A DNA stretch of 64,000 nt from Deltaproteobacteria bacterium (GCA_016218815.1 JACRCX010000097.1:25566-89565), one strand, 5' to 3'. Counted from the stretch's first letter, positions 26,713 through 35,840 are shown. Notes: generated by a model from the sequence alone, not told the origin. Program-made: numbers and translations.

Positions 26713-28620
26713 TCAGCGGGGGCAGCGGAGGTCGACACGCGAGTCGCCGGAGATGAGGGCGACGGCGCCCGTGCGCGCGAAGTCAACCTCCGGGCAGAAG
26801 TGCACCGACCAGGCGTCGGGGAGGAAGTACCACCCGTCGCCCAGCGGATCGCCGCAGTGCGGCGCCGCCGGGTCCCGCGGGACCTGCCGCACGAGGCACT
26901 GGCGCCGGTCGTATCCGCCGAAGGACGTGACGCCAAGGTCGCGCTTGAGCGGCACGCACTCGGCCCCCGTCGAGGGATCACGGCAGGGCTCGAGCCGGTT
27001 GACGATCTCCGCCGTCGCGGGCGTGCACCACGACGGCGGGCATGCCGGGTCCGCGTCGCACGGGCGCTCGTCGCTCAGCGTCTCGATCATCCAGCAGCCC
27101 GCCGTGCACGTCGCCCCGTCGAACGGCGGCGCCTCCGCGAGGCAGACGTAGTCGTCGCGCAGGCTCTCCACCAGCCGGCCGCCGATCACCGCGAACGCCT
27201 GCGTCCAGTCGGTCTTGCAGATCGAGTCGACATAGGCGTTCTTGCCCCATTCCTGCGCCAGGGTGACGAAGCGGCGCGGAGGGAAGGCCTGGCCCATCGA
27301 CGTGTTGCAGGACGGAAGCAGGCTGGTCGGGTTCGCGGGGTCGATCCGCGCGTCCATCTCGGGAACGTCCCGGCATCCCGCCAGGCCGTCGCCGAAGCCG
27401 ATGCACTGCTCGGCATCGGGCGGAACGCCGACGATCATCGCGAGGAACACGTTGGCGTCGCCGGTCGGCCGCAGGCTGCGGAAGGCCGCGACGTAGTCCG
27501 AGACGGGCTCCACGTATTCTGGGTGCAGGAAGCACCGGATGTTCATGTGGCCGAGGTCGTCGCGTTCCGCGTCGAACATCTCGTGGTGGTCGGAGCGCAC
27601 CGAGCAGTCCTCCTCGTCGGTGACCCAGATCAACGCCAGGAGGGAGTCGTTGCGCAGGAAGCCCTCGTTGCAGACCCCCGTTGCCGGATCCACCCCCAAT
27701 GCCGCGCGCATCGCCTTGAGCTGCTGCTCGAAGCCGCACCCCTGCGTGCCCAGCGTCGCGATGCAGGCAAGATCGGTGGCCATCGTCTCCGGACTGTAGT
27801 CTGCCGCGTTGGTCGGGTTGCGCGCGAGGAATCGGGGGTAGACGGGGGCACAGCCGGGAACGAAGGGGCTCGGCGTGCTCCGGAAGCACCCGTTGTCGCC
27901 GACGTCCGCGAGCGAGCAGGTCGAGACGCGGTACCCGCCGACGCCCATGTCCGACGAGATGACTCCGACGTTGAGGTCATCGACGGCGGCATGGTCGGGA
28001 CGGGTGTCGCCGTCGGTGTCCGGAGGATCCAACAACTCGGCCAGCAGTTCGGGAAAACGCTCGGTCAGCGCCGCTTGCTCCTGGCTCATCGAGCCCGAGT
28101 TGTCGACCATGAACACGATGTCGAGCTTGGACAGGCCGGGCTCGCGCAGCGTCCGGTCGGCCCACCAGGAGGGCGGCCCGTCACCCTCGGCATCGGCCTC
28201 GGCCTCGACCGGAATGTCGAACTCCGAGTCGGTCCCGGTGGCGTCCGCGTCCGTCGGGGGCGGCGTCGTCGGGAAGCAGTACAGCCCGCTCAGGTCGCGC
28301 GCATAGCCGTCGTCGCACTCGCAGACGGGGACGGGGCCGGCGGCAACGCACGAGCCGTGGTTGGAGCAGTACACCCCTTCGCACGGGTTACCGGGGTCGT
28401 TGGGCACGCATTCCAGGCCGCCAATCGCCGGATGGTAGCCCGGCCAGCAGGCGCAGTACGGCTCCGAGACGAACGGCGTTAGCCGGCACTCGCCCGCTCC
28501 GCTGCACGCGACCCCCGCGCACGGGTCCGCGGGGGACCCGTCGCAATCGCACCCGCCGTGCAAGCCGAGCAGCGCGAAAGACATCATCGCCACGAGCGGA
28601 GCGGTTCGGTATCGTCTCAT
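26713..28620 (-). CDS. Secreted VWA-domain protein with N-terminal tandem EGF-like Cys-rich modules (about 635 aa).
   Basis: Signal MRRYRTAPLVAMMSFALLGLHGGC. The EGF-like modules are ECRLTPFVSEPYCACWPGYHP and CVAAGPVPVCECDDGYARD. The VWA MIDAS block is LDIVFMVDNSGSMS (DxSxS). Many further Cys residues follow downstream. Confidence 0.8.
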   Translation of the reverse strand: MRRYRTAPLVAMMSFALLGLHGGCDCDGSPADPCAGVACSGAGECRLTPFVSEPYCACWPGYHPAIGGLECVPNDPGNPCEGVYCSNHGSCVAAGPVPVCECDDGYARDLSGLYCFPTTPPPTDADATGTDSEFDIPVEAEADAEGDGPPSWWADRTLREPGLSKLDIVFMVDNSGSMSQEQAALTERFPELLAELLDPPDTDGDTRPDHAAVDDLNVGVISSDMGVGGYRVSTCSLADVGDNGCFRSTPSPFVPGCAPVYPRFLARNPTNAADYSPETMATDLACIATLGTQGCGFEQQLKAMRAALGVDPATGVCNEGFLRNDSLLALIWVTDEEDCSVRSDHHEMFDAERDDLGHMNIRCFLHPEYVEPVSDYVAAFRSLRPTGDANVFLAMIVGVPPDAEQCIGFGDGLAGCRDVPEMDARIDPANPTSLLPSCNTSMGQAFPPRRFVTLAQEWGKNAYVDSICKTDWTQAFAVIGGRLVESLRDDYVCLAEAPPFDGATCTAGCWMIETLSDERPCDADPACPPSWCTPATAEIVNRLEPCRDPSTGAECVPLKRDLGVTSFGGYDRRQCLVRQVPRDPAAPHCGDPLGDGWYFLPDAWSVHFCPEVDFARTGAVALISGDSRVDLRCPR

Positions 28621-28704
28621 CGCGGACCTCCGTTCCAACCGCCCTCAGCATGACACGCACACGGTCCGCGATCCAGCACCCGACGTGGAGCTGCGCGTTG
28701 CGCG

Positions 28705-28818
28705 ACGTCCGCTCGTCCGCTCGCTTTCCCCGCGACCGCTCGCCTGCTCGCTTTCCCCGCGACCGCTCGCCTCCCCCGCGACCGCTCGTCCGCTCGCTTT
28801 CCCCGCGACCGCTCGCCC
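28705..28818 (-). repeat. Tandem approximately 27-nt repeat (minus-strand reading GAGCGGTCGCGGGGAAAGCGAGCGGAC...) containing GAGCGGAC units, in the intergenic gap upstream of the VWA-EGF gene.
   Basis: Three to four near-identical units read directly. Same family as 22863-22932. Confidence 0.65.
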
Positions 28819-30278
28819 TACAACAAGAAGCCGTCCTCGGCGGGGATGACGATGTAGACGTTGCGGCGGTCGAGCGTCGTGCCGCCGACCGTGTCGAAGA
28901 CCTCGATGTACGCGAGGTAGATCTGCACGTGGGTCTCGTGCGGGCGGAAGTCGTTCTGGAAGACGATGCGGAAGACGACCGTGGTGCCGCCCGAGACCCC
29001 GTAGAACGTCGTGTCGTCGAAGCTCGTGGCGTCGCTCGCCCACACGGGGTGCAGCTCCTTGATGAACTGCGTGGCGTCGACGGCGTCGGCGGGCTCGTCC
29101 AGGCTCCGTGCGGAGACGTCCTGGGTCTCGGCGCCGACCAGGTCCACGATGCCGCCGACGACGACGTCGCTGACCTGGCCGCCGGTGGCCGGGTAGACCG
29201 TCGGGTCGCCCGCACGGTTGAACGAGCCGGTGGCCCTTGCCGCCGCCTCCATGTCGGGGCGGCCTTCGGCCGGGAAGATGCCGATCTTGACGGCGGCGCC
29301 GAGGATCTTGACCTCGTGCGAGTTGAGCGTCGCCATCGTCTCCGACCACGAGCGGGCGGTCACCGATCCGTCGTAGTTGTTGATCGAGTCGGAGCCGTTG
29401 TGGGCGGGCGCGTCGGTCACCACGACGATGATCGGGTGGCTGTCCTCGCGGAAGCAGGCGGCGCCGAAGCCGCTTCCCGTGCTGCACGAGCCGCCGGAGG
29501 AGTCGTACAAGCCCTCCATCTGGGCCTCGGGGGTGTCGCCGCCGCCTCCCACGCGAAGGCCGTCGAGCGCCGACTGGACGGCGCCGATGTCGTTGGTCAC
29601 GGTCTGGCGCAGGGTGAAGGTCCAGTCGCCGGCCTGGCCCCACGGGTCGACGGGGAAGTCGCGGAAATCGCCGACACCCATGACGACGTCGGCGATCGCA
29701 GCGTCGAGCGCGGGGACGATGACGCCGGAGAGCGAGGTCCGCACGTTGGCGATCGCCGTGGCCATGCTGCCGGTGGTGTCGACGAGGAAGAACACGTCGC
29801 CCCGGCCCAGGCGCGCGGTGAACTCCAGCTCCCGCTCCTGCGGAGGATCCTCGTAGGGCAGGATCACGTAGTAGTCGGTCGGCGGGATGAAGGAGTCGGG
29901 ATTGAGCGGGTCCGTGCCGGCCAGGTGCTCGACCCCATCGCTGAACCCGTCGCCGTCGGTGTCCTCGAGCGTGGGATCCGTGCCCAGGATCGCCTCGTCG
30001 TCATCGGACAGGCCGTCGGCATCGGTGTCGACCGGCAGCACCTCGGGCCGCGCGTCCTCCGCCCCCGTCCCGTCGTCGGCCGGCGGCGTGTCCGGCAGCA
30101 CATCGATCGGGACGTCGGCGTCGCCCGCCGTGTCGGCACGATCGACCACATCCCGCGGCCCGGTGGAGTCGTCGCTGCCGGGTGAGCAGGCCGCCGCGGC
30201 GAGCGCCGCCAGCAAGCCGATCGCGAGCGGCAGGCCGAACCGGCCCCCGCTTCGTCCCTCCGTGAACCGGATTCCCAT
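28818..30278 (-). CDS. VWA-domain lipoprotein with N-terminal thrombospondin type 3-like calcium-binding repeats (about 486 aa).
   Basis: Internal ATG 30276-30278 gives MGIRFTEGRSGGRFGLPLAIGLLAALAAAAC (lipobox). TSP3-like repeats are DTDADGLSDDDEAILGTDPTLEDTDGDGFSDGVEHLAGTDPLNPDS. The VWA MIDAS block is DVFFLVDTTGSMA. The antisense ORF 28650-30185 is an artefact. Confidence 0.8.
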   Translation of the reverse strand: MGIRFTEGRSGGRFGLPLAIGLLAALAAAACSPGSDDSTGPRDVVDRADTAGDADVPIDVLPDTPPADDGTGAEDARPEVLPVDTDADGLSDDDEAILGTDPTLEDTDGDGFSDGVEHLAGTDPLNPDSFIPPTDYYVILPYEDPPQERELEFTARLGRGDVFFLVDTTGSMATAIANVRTSLSGVIVPALDAAIADVVMGVGDFRDFPVDPWGQAGDWTFTLRQTVTNDIGAVQSALDGLRVGGGGDTPEAQMEGLYDSSGGSCSTGSGFGAACFREDSHPIIVVVTDAPAHNGSDSINNYDGSVTARSWSETMATLNSHEVKILGAAVKIGIFPAEGRPDMEAAARATGSFNRAGDPTVYPATGGQVSDVVVGGIVDLVGAETQDVSARSLDEPADAVDATQFIKELHPVWASDATSFDDTTFYGVSGGTTVVFRIVFQNDFRPHETHVQIYLAYIEVFDTVGGTTLDRRNVYIVIPAEDGFLL

Positions 30279-30433
30279 GGCAGCCTCCTCCGCTTCCCCC
30301 CCCGGCGGGCGGGTCGATCGGACGCCCGTACCAGGGAGGAGGGTACGTCGGGACGGAGTGGGCCGCAAGGCGGACAACTGTTTGACTCCGCGGCGCCGCG
30401 CGCCTACCATCCCGCCCCGACGGAGGAAACGCC

Positions 30434-30700
30434 ATGCCGGTCATCGACAAGGACGACAACGCCGCCAAACGCGTGGCTCGCGCGATCGTTTCGGACATCG
30501 TCATCTACAACAAGGCCAAGATCGAGGACGGGATCCGCAACGACACGCTGTTCGACCTGCTGAAGGAGACGATCGACGAGGGCCGGACGCTGTACCAGAG
30601 CCGCGTCTCCCCCGATCTGTTCCGCAAGAACTACTACGGCCGCGCGCTGGTCGACAAGCTGCTCAAGGTCAACGCGCAGATCCGCTCCAACATCTGGTGA
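30434..30700 (+). CDS. Small conserved hypothetical protein (88 aa, K/D/N/I-rich, locally lower GC of about 60%).
   Basis: The ORF has a natural, non-GC-skewed composition. A good start context lies 20 nt after a candidate -35/-10 (TTGACTC...). I could not place a family. Confidence 0.55.
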   Translation: MPVIDKDDNAAKRVARAIVSDIVIYNKAKIEDGIRNDTLFDLLKETIDEGRTLYQSRVSPDLFRKNYYGRALVDKLLKVNAQIRSNIW

Positions 30701-31662
30701 CCCCCCCGTCCGATCCGACCCCCAAGCCGATCGATTGCGCCGTCCCGCCCGCGCTGGCCGGCGAACGCCTCGATCGCGTGTTGCCCGAATTGGTGCCCGG
30801 CCTGACGCGCTCGCAGGCGCGACGGCTGATCGACCTGGGTCGCGCGACGCTCGACGGCACGACTCCGAAGGCGGGCGCATCCGTCCGCGCGGGCCAGCGC
30901 CTCCGGGTCGAGCCGCTGCCGCCCGAAACCTTCAGCGTCGAGGCGGAGGACATCCCGGTCCGCGTCCTGCACCGCGACGACGACCTGATCGTGGTCGACA
31001 AGCCCGCCGACCTGGTGGTCCATCCTGCGGCGGGGCACGCGCGGGGCACCCTGGTCAACGCGCTCGCGGCGCTCGGCGCCGGCGGCGGCGACCCGGCCCG
31101 CCCCGGCATCGTCCACCGCCTGGACAAGGGCACCTCCGGCGTGATGGTCGTCGCGCGCAACGTCACGGCCCACGCACGCCTGGCCGAGCAGTTCGCCGAA
31201 CGGACCGTCGAGAAAACCTACCTGGCGATCGTCGTCGGCGAGCCGCCGGAGGAGGGTCGGATCGAAACCCTCTTCGCGCGGCACCCGGTCGACCGCAAGC
31301 GGTTCACCTCGCGCACGACCCGCGGCCGCACTGCCCTCACCGGGTTCCGCGTGCGGGAGCGCCGGCCCGGCTGCGCGATGCTCGAGGTGCGCCTGGGCAC
31401 CGGACGCACGCACCAGATCCGCGTCCACCTCTCCGAGAGCGGCTGGCCGATCCTCGGCGACGCGGTGTACGGGCGCACCCCGCGCGATCCAGAGCTTCGC
31501 CGCGCCGCGGAGGCGCTCGGCAGGCCGGCGTTGCACGCCTGGCGGTTGGCCTTCGCGCACCCCCGGACCGGCGAACGGATGGCCTTCGACGCGGATGTTC
31601 CGGCGGATTTCGAGCGGGCGTGGGGAGCGATCTCTGCCGGTGCGGTCGGCGGCACGTCCTGA
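30697..31662 (+). CDS. rluD: RluA-family pseudouridine synthase (RluD-like; S4 domain plus catalytic domain).
   Basis: GTG overlapping the upstream stop. S4-like ERLDRVLPELVPGLTRSQARRLIDLG. Catalytic motif HRLDKGTSGVMVVA with catalytic Asp, followed by ...HQIRVHL. Confidence 0.8.
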   Translation: MTPPSDPTPKPIDCAVPPALAGERLDRVLPELVPGLTRSQARRLIDLGRATLDGTTPKAGASVRAGQRLRVEPLPPETFSVEAEDIPVRVLHRDDDLIVVDKPADLVVHPAAGHARGTLVNALAALGAGGGDPARPGIVHRLDKGTSGVMVVARNVTAHARLAEQFAERTVEKTYLAIVVGEPPEEGRIETLFARHPVDRKRFTSRTTRGRTALTGFRVRERRPGCAMLEVRLGTGRTHQIRVHLSESGWPILGDAVYGRTPRDPELRRAAEALGRPALHAWRLAFAHPRTGERMAFDADVPADFERAWGAISAGAVGGTS

Positions 31663-31667
31663 CCAGG

Positions 31668-31722
31668 ATCCCCTTTGCGTCCTTTGCGGTCCTTGGCGTG
31701 CTTTGCGCGAACTCCGGATCGG
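31668..31722 (+). repeat. CTTTGCG direct-repeat array (CCCCTTTGCGTCCTTTGCGGTCCTTGGCGTGCTTTGCGCGAACTCCGG) downstream of rluD.
   Basis: Seen directly. Member of the CTTTGCG family. Confidence 0.6.
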
Positions 31723-31746
31723 TCTGTCGAGCGACCTTGAGGCCGA

Positions 31747-32466
31747 TCACGCCCGCTCGGCCTGCACGAGTTGGTGGAAGCGCGTCGCGTCGTTGTGCAT
31801 GTCGATGTTGCCGAAGAGGCAGTACGTGTCCGGGTACCCGCGGCAGATGTCGCGCAGCCGGAGCAGCGCCTCTTCCTCGTAGCGGGAACGGAACCCGGCC
31901 GGCCCCGGCAGGTGGCAATAGGCGAACGCGGGGTCCGGCGGGAGCTGCGCCAAGGGGTCGACGCACAACGTCAGGTCCATGTCCTTGGCGAAGGCTACGG
32001 CCTCCTTCAGATCCCAGCCGCCCTTCGGCTCCCAGACCCAGCGCCGCTTCTGCCGGTCGGTCTTGGTGAAGAAATGCGTCATCGCCCGCAGCAACGTCTT
32101 GTCGGGGATGAGATCGGCCGGCGTCTGGAAGACCAGCAGCTTCGCCTTCAGCTCCTTGGACAGGGCCAGGCTCTCCTCGAACGCCGCCCCGACCTCCTTG
32201 GTCGCCGCGAACGGCGCGTACTTGCGCCACTGCGATTTCGCGGGCGCCGGCTGGTAGCGGAAGTGCTGGCTCCCCGGACCGTACGTCACCAGCGGCGACA
32301 CGGCGACGACGAACTCGAAGCCTTCCTCCGACTCGCGCAGCCAGCGCTTGACCGTCCCGTCGCCGGGCGCCCGCACCAGCGTCTGTTCGATCTCGACGAG
32401 ATCCCACTTGCGGAAATACCGTGAGGGAGGAATCGGAAAGTCGATGCAACCGATCCGAAGCGTCAT
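31747..32466 (-). CDS. DUF72-family protein (UPF0759).
   Basis: Internal ATG 32464-32466 (MTLRIGCIDFPIPPSRYFRKWDLVEIEQTL...). The overall sequence is typical of DUF72 proteins (FPxxL..YFxxWxxVExxxTFY-like N-terminus). The rest of track ORF 31747-33282 is an antisense artefact. Confidence 0.75.
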   Translation of the reverse strand: MTLRIGCIDFPIPPSRYFRKWDLVEIEQTLVRAPGDGTVKRWLRESEEGFEFVVAVSPLVTYGPGSQHFRYQPAPAKSQWRKYAPFAATKEVGAAFEESLALSKELKAKLLVFQTPADLIPDKTLLRAMTHFFTKTDRQKRRWVWEPKGGWDLKEAVAFAKDMDLTLCVDPLAQLPPDPAFAYCHLPGPAGFRSRYEEEALLRLRDICRGYPDTYCLFGNIDMHNDATRFHQLVQAERA

Positions 32467-32504
32467 GGCGAGGCGGATGCTATCATGCCTCCCCGAGGGG
32501 GAAA

Positions 32505-32545
32505 ACAGAAACCACCGATGAACACCGATGGACACCGATAAGGGG
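32505..32545 (+). repeat. Start-codon-associated motif ACCACCGATGAACACCGATGGACACCGATAAGG (ACCGATGGACACCGAT unit); a sibling is at 54931-54962 on the minus strand.
   Basis: Both copies overlap the initiator ATG of a secreted or membrane protein gene, giving MDTD... N-termini. Confidence 0.5.
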
Positions 32546-35500
32546 AAAACAGCGGGAGGAGAGGCGCCGGCGCCGGACGCACCGGACGGCCAGGGCCCGC
32601 CGCGTCCGCGCAACGTCGGCACGTTGATCGGCCTCGTCGCCGGGGCCGCCCTGATGATCGGGTTCCTGCTCGCGACCTTCATCTTCGTCTTGCTCCCTAG
32701 AGTCGACGGCAAGAAGCCGGCCCGCGAGGCCGGGGCACCCGCCGCGGATCGAGCCGATGGCGCGGGCGACGCTCCGAAGAAACCCGGCCCGGCGGAGTTC
32801 TCCGGACTCGTCTCCGTGCCGCCCGGGACCGATCCGCGCACCGTGCACGTTCGCTGGCTCGAGGCCGACGGAGAAGTGCTTGGCGAGGTCGTGCCGGACC
32901 AGGACGGTCGGTTCCGCTTCGAGACACCGGAGGCTTGGGCCGGCTCCATCCTGGTTTCCTGCACGGGCATGCCGTCGGTCGTGCGCCGCGCCGTTCCGCC
33001 CGCCGTCGGGTTCGACGTGGCGATTGCACCGGGGACGGCGCTGGACGTGCATGTGGTCGACGACACGGGCGCTCCCGTCGCCGGAGCCCTGGTCGCCCCC
33101 GACATCCAGGAACCGCTATGGTCCGAGGGCGAGCGGCGGGCCGTGGCGCGCGCCGACGCGGTCACGACGGACGCCGGCGGAGCGGCGCGGCTCCTCGTCC
33201 CGGGCACGGGGACGGTGGAGGTGGTCGTCGAGGCCGACGGGCACGTCTCGGGGCGGTCGGACCCGATCGAGCTGCCGGCCACCGAGCCGCTGGAGCTCGA
33301 GCTGCCGCGCGGCGGAAGGCTCGCCGGCGAAGTCGTCGACGCGGCGGGGGCGCCGGTGACCGGTTCGACGGTCCGCGTCGTCGGCTCGGGGCTGTGGCCC
33401 GCGAAGGAATTCCCGACAGATTCGGGCGGCCGATTCGACGCGGGGCTGATTCCGCCGGGGTTCTACGAAGCCGAGGCCTTCGACGGGACGCGCGTCTCGC
33501 CCCTGCGTCGCGGGGTGGAGGTCCGGCCGGCGGAGACGACGACGATCCGGTTGGCCGTGGCGTCCGGTGGGTTCGTCGCGGGACGGGTGGCCGCGGAGGG
33601 CGCCGGCGCGGACGGCGTCGCCGGCTTCGCCGTCACGGTGCACGGCCTGCAGTCCCGGCTCGTGCCCCTGCGCGCCGCGGTCGGCGCCGGCGGCCGTTTC
33701 CGCGTCGGGCCGCTCCAGCCGGGCCGGTACCTCGTGCGGTGCGCGCAGAGCCCGTTCCTTCCCGCCGAAGCGTGGGTCGAGGTCGTCGCGGGGGGGGAGG
33801 GCGCGGTGGTGCTCGAGCTGCGCAACGGCCGGAGGCTCGACGGCCGGATCGTCGGCCCGGACGGCGCCCCGGTCGCCGAGGCCCGGGTCTCGCTCTCGGG
33901 CCGCGCCGACGATGGGACGTTCGTCTTCCGCTCGCCCACGACCGAGGCGCTCGCGTCCCTCGACCGTCGCGGCCTCGCCCCGGTGGGCCGCCTCCTGCCG
34001 ATCGGCGAGCTGGGCGTCCTGGAAGGCCCACTGCCCCCCATTCCCCCGCGCCCCTTCGCCTGGCTCGACGACCAGGCGGCGGCCGACGCGCCGGGTGATG
34101 CGGCGGGCGAGGTCGTCAGTTCTCAGTCGTCGGTTCTCAGGCCGGACCCTCCATCGACGGCCGCCGCGCCGGATCTGACAACTGAGAACCGAAAACCGAA
34201 AACCGCTCCGCTGACGACCGACACCCACGGCGCGGTCTCCCTCGCGGGCCTTCCGCCCGGCAAGTACACGATCCGCGTGGCCCACCCGGACTTCGCGCCG
34301 CTGGCGCAGGAGGTCGTCGTGCCGGACCAGCCGGCCGCGACCTCGGTGGTGCTCCAGCTCGTCGAAGGCTGCACGCTCGCGGGCATGGTGCGCGACGGCG
34401 ACGGCAACCCGGTGGCCGGGGCGGGCGTGCGGATCCTCTCGGGGCTGATGGACCCGCTGGTCTGGCGCACGGACGAGGCCGGGAGCTTCACGGCGACTCA
34501 TCTTCCGCCGCACGTCGTGCTGCAGGTCCAGGCGCCAGGCTACCTGACCGCCGACCTGGAACGGGATCTCGCGGGCACGCCGTGCGCGGGCGACGCGGAG
34601 ATCGGGCTGGTGAGGCTGGGGGGGCGGATCGCGGGCCGGGTGATCGACGCGCGGCGGTTCCCGATCGGCGGGGCGCGGGTGCGGGCGGAGCCGGCCGGCG
34701 GAGAAGTGCGCTGGGCGTCGCAGGGCACGACGACGGGGGCGGACGGCACGTTCCGCCTGGCGGCCCCGTCGTCCGGCGAGGTGCGGCTGGTCGCCTCGCA
34801 TCCCGACTACGTCGAGGCCTCGGTCGACGCGTCGGTGGGGGCGACGGTCGAGGTCGTCCTGGACCCGGGCGTGGTCGTGAGCGGCTCGGTGACCGACGAG
34901 GTGGGCGAGCCGCTGACAGCGGCGGTGGCGTTGCGGCGGGACGGACGGGAGATCGCGGCGGCCGTGGCGGGCCCCGACGGGAAGTTCCGCGCGGGTCGCG
35001 TGGCGGCGGGAGACTACGAGCTGCGCGCCACGGCCGCGGGTTTCGCGGACCAGACGCTGGTGATCGGCCTCGCGGCACCGGGGGAGGTGGAGGGCGAGGT
35101 CGAGCGCGTCGTGGAGATCTCGATGCGGCGGGGGGTGACGCTGGAGGGTCGCGTGGTGGACCGTTTCGGCTCGCCCGTCGGCGGGGCTGCGATCGAGCTG
35201 CGCCTCTCGGGCAGCCGGACGGCTCCGCGCTCCGCGCGCTCGGACGCCGATGGCCGCTTCGCCGCCGCTGGCCTGGACCCGGGGCGATGGGAAATCGAGG
35301 CTTCGCGCGACGACCTCGGGAGGGTCGCGGCCGTCGCGACCCTGGATGTCGGCACACGCTCGCGCCCCGTCGAGCTGGCCTTCCGCGACGCGGCGGACGC
35401 CGGCGCCGGAGCGGAGCCCGGGGCGGGCGCCGATCCTTCCTCCGGTCGCGTCGGATACTCGCTGGTCAACGACCAGGTGATCGTGCGGACTCCCGCGACG

Positions 35501-35704
35501 TACGCGGCGCCGGGCACCGACCTCCTGCTGGCCGGCGACACGATCTTCCAGGTGGAGCGCGAGCGGATCCGGGACCTGGAGACGCTGCACGGCATCGTGG
35601 GCAGCCTGCACCGCGAGACGGTCTCGGTGGCGGTGCTGCGCGACGGCCGGCGCAAGTTCCTCACGGTGGACCGCAACGCGCTGCTCGCCGACGGCTGGGA
35701 GTAG
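32528..35704 (+). CDS. Membrane-anchored multi-domain protein (1058 aa) with many carboxypeptidase-regulatory-like (CarboxypepD_reg / Cna-B-like) beta-sandwich repeats and a C-terminal PDZ-like domain.
   Basis: N-terminal TM VGTLIGLVAGAALMIGFLLATFIFVLL. At least 8 repeats of the type G(R/M)V(V/I)DxxGxP(V/L)AGAxVxL...TDxxGxFxxxxLxPGxYxLxA. The C-terminal GDTIFQVERERIRDLETLHGIVGSLHRETVSVAVLRDGRRKFLTV is PDZ-like. Confidence 0.8.
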   Translation: MDTDKGKTAGGEAPAPDAPDGQGPPRPRNVGTLIGLVAGAALMIGFLLATFIFVLLPRVDGKKPAREAGAPAADRADGAGDAPKKPGPAEFSGLVSVPPGTDPRTVHVRWLEADGEVLGEVVPDQDGRFRFETPEAWAGSILVSCTGMPSVVRRAVPPAVGFDVAIAPGTALDVHVVDDTGAPVAGALVAPDIQEPLWSEGERRAVARADAVTTDAGGAARLLVPGTGTVEVVVEADGHVSGRSDPIELPATEPLELELPRGGRLAGEVVDAAGAPVTGSTVRVVGSGLWPAKEFPTDSGGRFDAGLIPPGFYEAEAFDGTRVSPLRRGVEVRPAETTTIRLAVASGGFVAGRVAAEGAGADGVAGFAVTVHGLQSRLVPLRAAVGAGGRFRVGPLQPGRYLVRCAQSPFLPAEAWVEVVAGGEGAVVLELRNGRRLDGRIVGPDGAPVAEARVSLSGRADDGTFVFRSPTTEALASLDRRGLAPVGRLLPIGELGVLEGPLPPIPPRPFAWLDDQAAADAPGDAAGEVVSSQSSVLRPDPPSTAAAPDLTTENRKPKTAPLTTDTHGAVSLAGLPPGKYTIRVAHPDFAPLAQEVVVPDQPAATSVVLQLVEGCTLAGMVRDGDGNPVAGAGVRILSGLMDPLVWRTDEAGSFTATHLPPHVVLQVQAPGYLTADLERDLAGTPCAGDAEIGLVRLGGRIAGRVIDARRFPIGGARVRAEPAGGEVRWASQGTTTGADGTFRLAAPSSGEVRLVASHPDYVEASVDASVGATVEVVLDPGVVVSGSVTDEVGEPLTAAVALRRDGREIAAAVAGPDGKFRAGRVAAGDYELRATAAGFADQTLVIGLAAPGEVEGEVERVVEISMRRGVTLEGRVVDRFGSPVGGAAIELRLSGSRTAPRSARSDADGRFAAAGLDPGRWEIEASRDDLGRVAAVATLDVGTRSRPVELAFRDAADAGAGAEPGAGADPSSGRVGYSLVNDQVIVRTPATYAAPGTDLLLAGDTIFQVERERIRDLETLHGIVGSLHRETVSVAVLRDGRRKFLTVDRNALLADGWE
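34117..34214 (+). mobile_element. Short MITE-like palindromic element of the same family as 23789-23985 (CAGTTCTCAGTCGTCGGTTCTCAG ... CTGAGAACCGAAAACCGAAAACCG). It is inserted in-frame within the CDS 32528-35704 and encodes the low-complexity peptide ...VVSSQSSVLRPDPPSTAAAPDLTTENRKPKTAPL...
   Basis: Terminal inverted GTTCTCAG / CTGAGAAC and GGTTTTCGGTTTTCGG-type units and a shared GGGTCCGG core with the intergenic copy. The reading frame is uninterrupted and the encoded segment is compositionally unlike the flanking repeat domains. Confidence 0.5.
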
Positions 35705-35744
35705 GGGGGGGGAGTTGTTGGTACTTGGCTCCCAGCCCGTGGGG

Positions 35745-35825
35745 GATCCGGATCCGAACCGCGGGCTTCAGCCCGCGGCTGGCCCGGCCGACGCAGCCGC
35801 GCCCTGAAGGGCGCGGTTCGGTCCC
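35745..35825. repeat. REP-like palindromic element (GATCCGAACCGCGGGCTTCAGCCCGCGG...CGCGCCCTGAAGGGCGCGGTTCGG); probable bidirectional terminator between the convergent 32528-35704 gene and hpt.
   Basis: Inverted CCGAACCGCG / CGCGGTTCGG arms. Sibling of 16391-16460. Confidence 0.65.
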
Positions 35826-35840
35826 GGGCGGTGCCGATCG

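Noticed and set aside
30434-30700. A locally lower-GC small ORF as a possible horizontally acquired or phage gene
   Set aside because: The dip is modest at about 60% GC. It reflects a Lys/Asn/Ile/Asp-rich conserved small protein. It is translationally coupled to rluD and has no flanking repeats or integrase.
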